DNA of 64,000 nucleotides, from assembly GCA_963833985.1 (NCBI GenBank), contig CAWIAD010000002.1:160001-224000 (forward strand), read 5' to 3'. Under the pieces are notes generated by a model. It made no database searches, was not told the origin of the DNA, and was given only the letters and a program-made list of their open reading frames with translations. Position 1 is the stretch's first letter, and each line of letters starts with the position of its first letter. Source of the DNA: an uncultured Planctomycetaceae bacterium. GTDB lineage: Bacteria; Planctomycetota; Planctomycetia; Isosphaerales; Isosphaeraceae. The position numbers were made by a program, and so were the translations under genes. Positions 63,451 through 64,000 of the stretch are shown one piece after another.

Positions 63451-64000
63451 TTGGGGAAGACCTGGGGGTGGGCCTGGCTGCGCACGCTCTGCCTAGCCTG
63501 TTCGGGTTTGGTTCTGTTGTACTCGGTCATCGTTCTGACGCAGGTTGCCTGGATGGGCACCATTGGTGTTCGATGCCTGTTCGGCACCGATCTGGAGGAA
63601 GAGGTTCCCGCGGATTACGTCTGGCTCCCCGTGCCGGAACGGGGTGAGGCGTCCCGCCAACCCGATCCGTCCTCCGCCGCGCAGGCGGGGCCGCGACCCC
63701 GGATCGGTGATGAACTGCTCACGATTGGCTCGGTCACGCTCCGCCAGGGTTCGTATTCCGATTACATTCAGGCCTTGCGGAGCCTGAGTGATCAGGTTGG
63801 CCGTCCCGTGCTTGTCTCGTGGCGAGACCTGCGTTCCCAGGAAGTTCATCAGGCGCTTGCCGTGGTTCGCTATTTTCCAACCCGCGCCTACGTCCTTTCG
63901 TGCGTCTGGTTCTTGCAAGAGCTGCTCATTTTCGGCGTGGGGGCGAGGGTCTTCTGGAAGCGGCCCGGCGATGTTTCGGCCCGGCTCTTCTTCTTGCTCT
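63451..64000 (+). CDS. Membrane protein with PDZ-like segment, 3'-truncated (possibly the N-terminus of a membrane-bound regulator)
   Basis: AGGGAGG RBS + TTG; the frame is open to the window end. TM helix, PRIGDELLTIG, and WFLQELLIFGVGARVFWKRP. Confidence 0.65.
   Translation, partial: MGKTWGWAWLRTLCLACSGLVLLYSVIVLTQVAWMGTIGVRCLFGTDLEEEVPADYVWLPVPERGEASRQPDPSSAAQAGPRPRIGDELLTIGSVTLRQGSYSDYIQALRSLSDQVGRPVLVSWRDLRSQEVHQALAVVRYFPTRAYVLSCVWFLQELLIFGVGARVFWKRPGDVSARLFFLL

Overview
GC-rich bacterial chromosome segment, very likely a planctomycete (Isosphaeraceae-like). This rests on the DUF1559 prepilin-type gene, LEXR-type secreted proteins, Ser/Thr kinase-TPR genes and an FGE-domain kinase tail. 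Housekeeping genes (htpG, miaE, tRNA-His, punA, ileS, purN, a bshB1-like deacetylase, aroF) alternate with accessory blocks. (i) A tandemly duplicated Rpn-family nuclease gene has one copy split by a complete IS1634 element; both copies carry an internal RBS+ATG typical of the RpnS antitoxin. (ii) A ~14 kb island after ileS holds a RAYT-like HUH transposase with palindromic 55-bp repeats at its 3' side and a triplicated 42-bp end motif plus a stutter tract at its 5' side. An inverted, degenerate array of the same motif lies 3.2 kb away, so the two arrays bracket a kinase and a truncated ECF sigma gene. (iii) A DUF1559 / exported-protein / C39-peptidase cassette is flanked by a duplicated gene 3' end and followed by an IS5. 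A Trp/Phe/Tyr-rich leader-peptide attenuator precedes aroF, and a sigma54 promoter with enhancer-like repeats precedes htpG. Many genes carry single-base frameshifts, mostly in G/C runs, which are probably sequencing errors.
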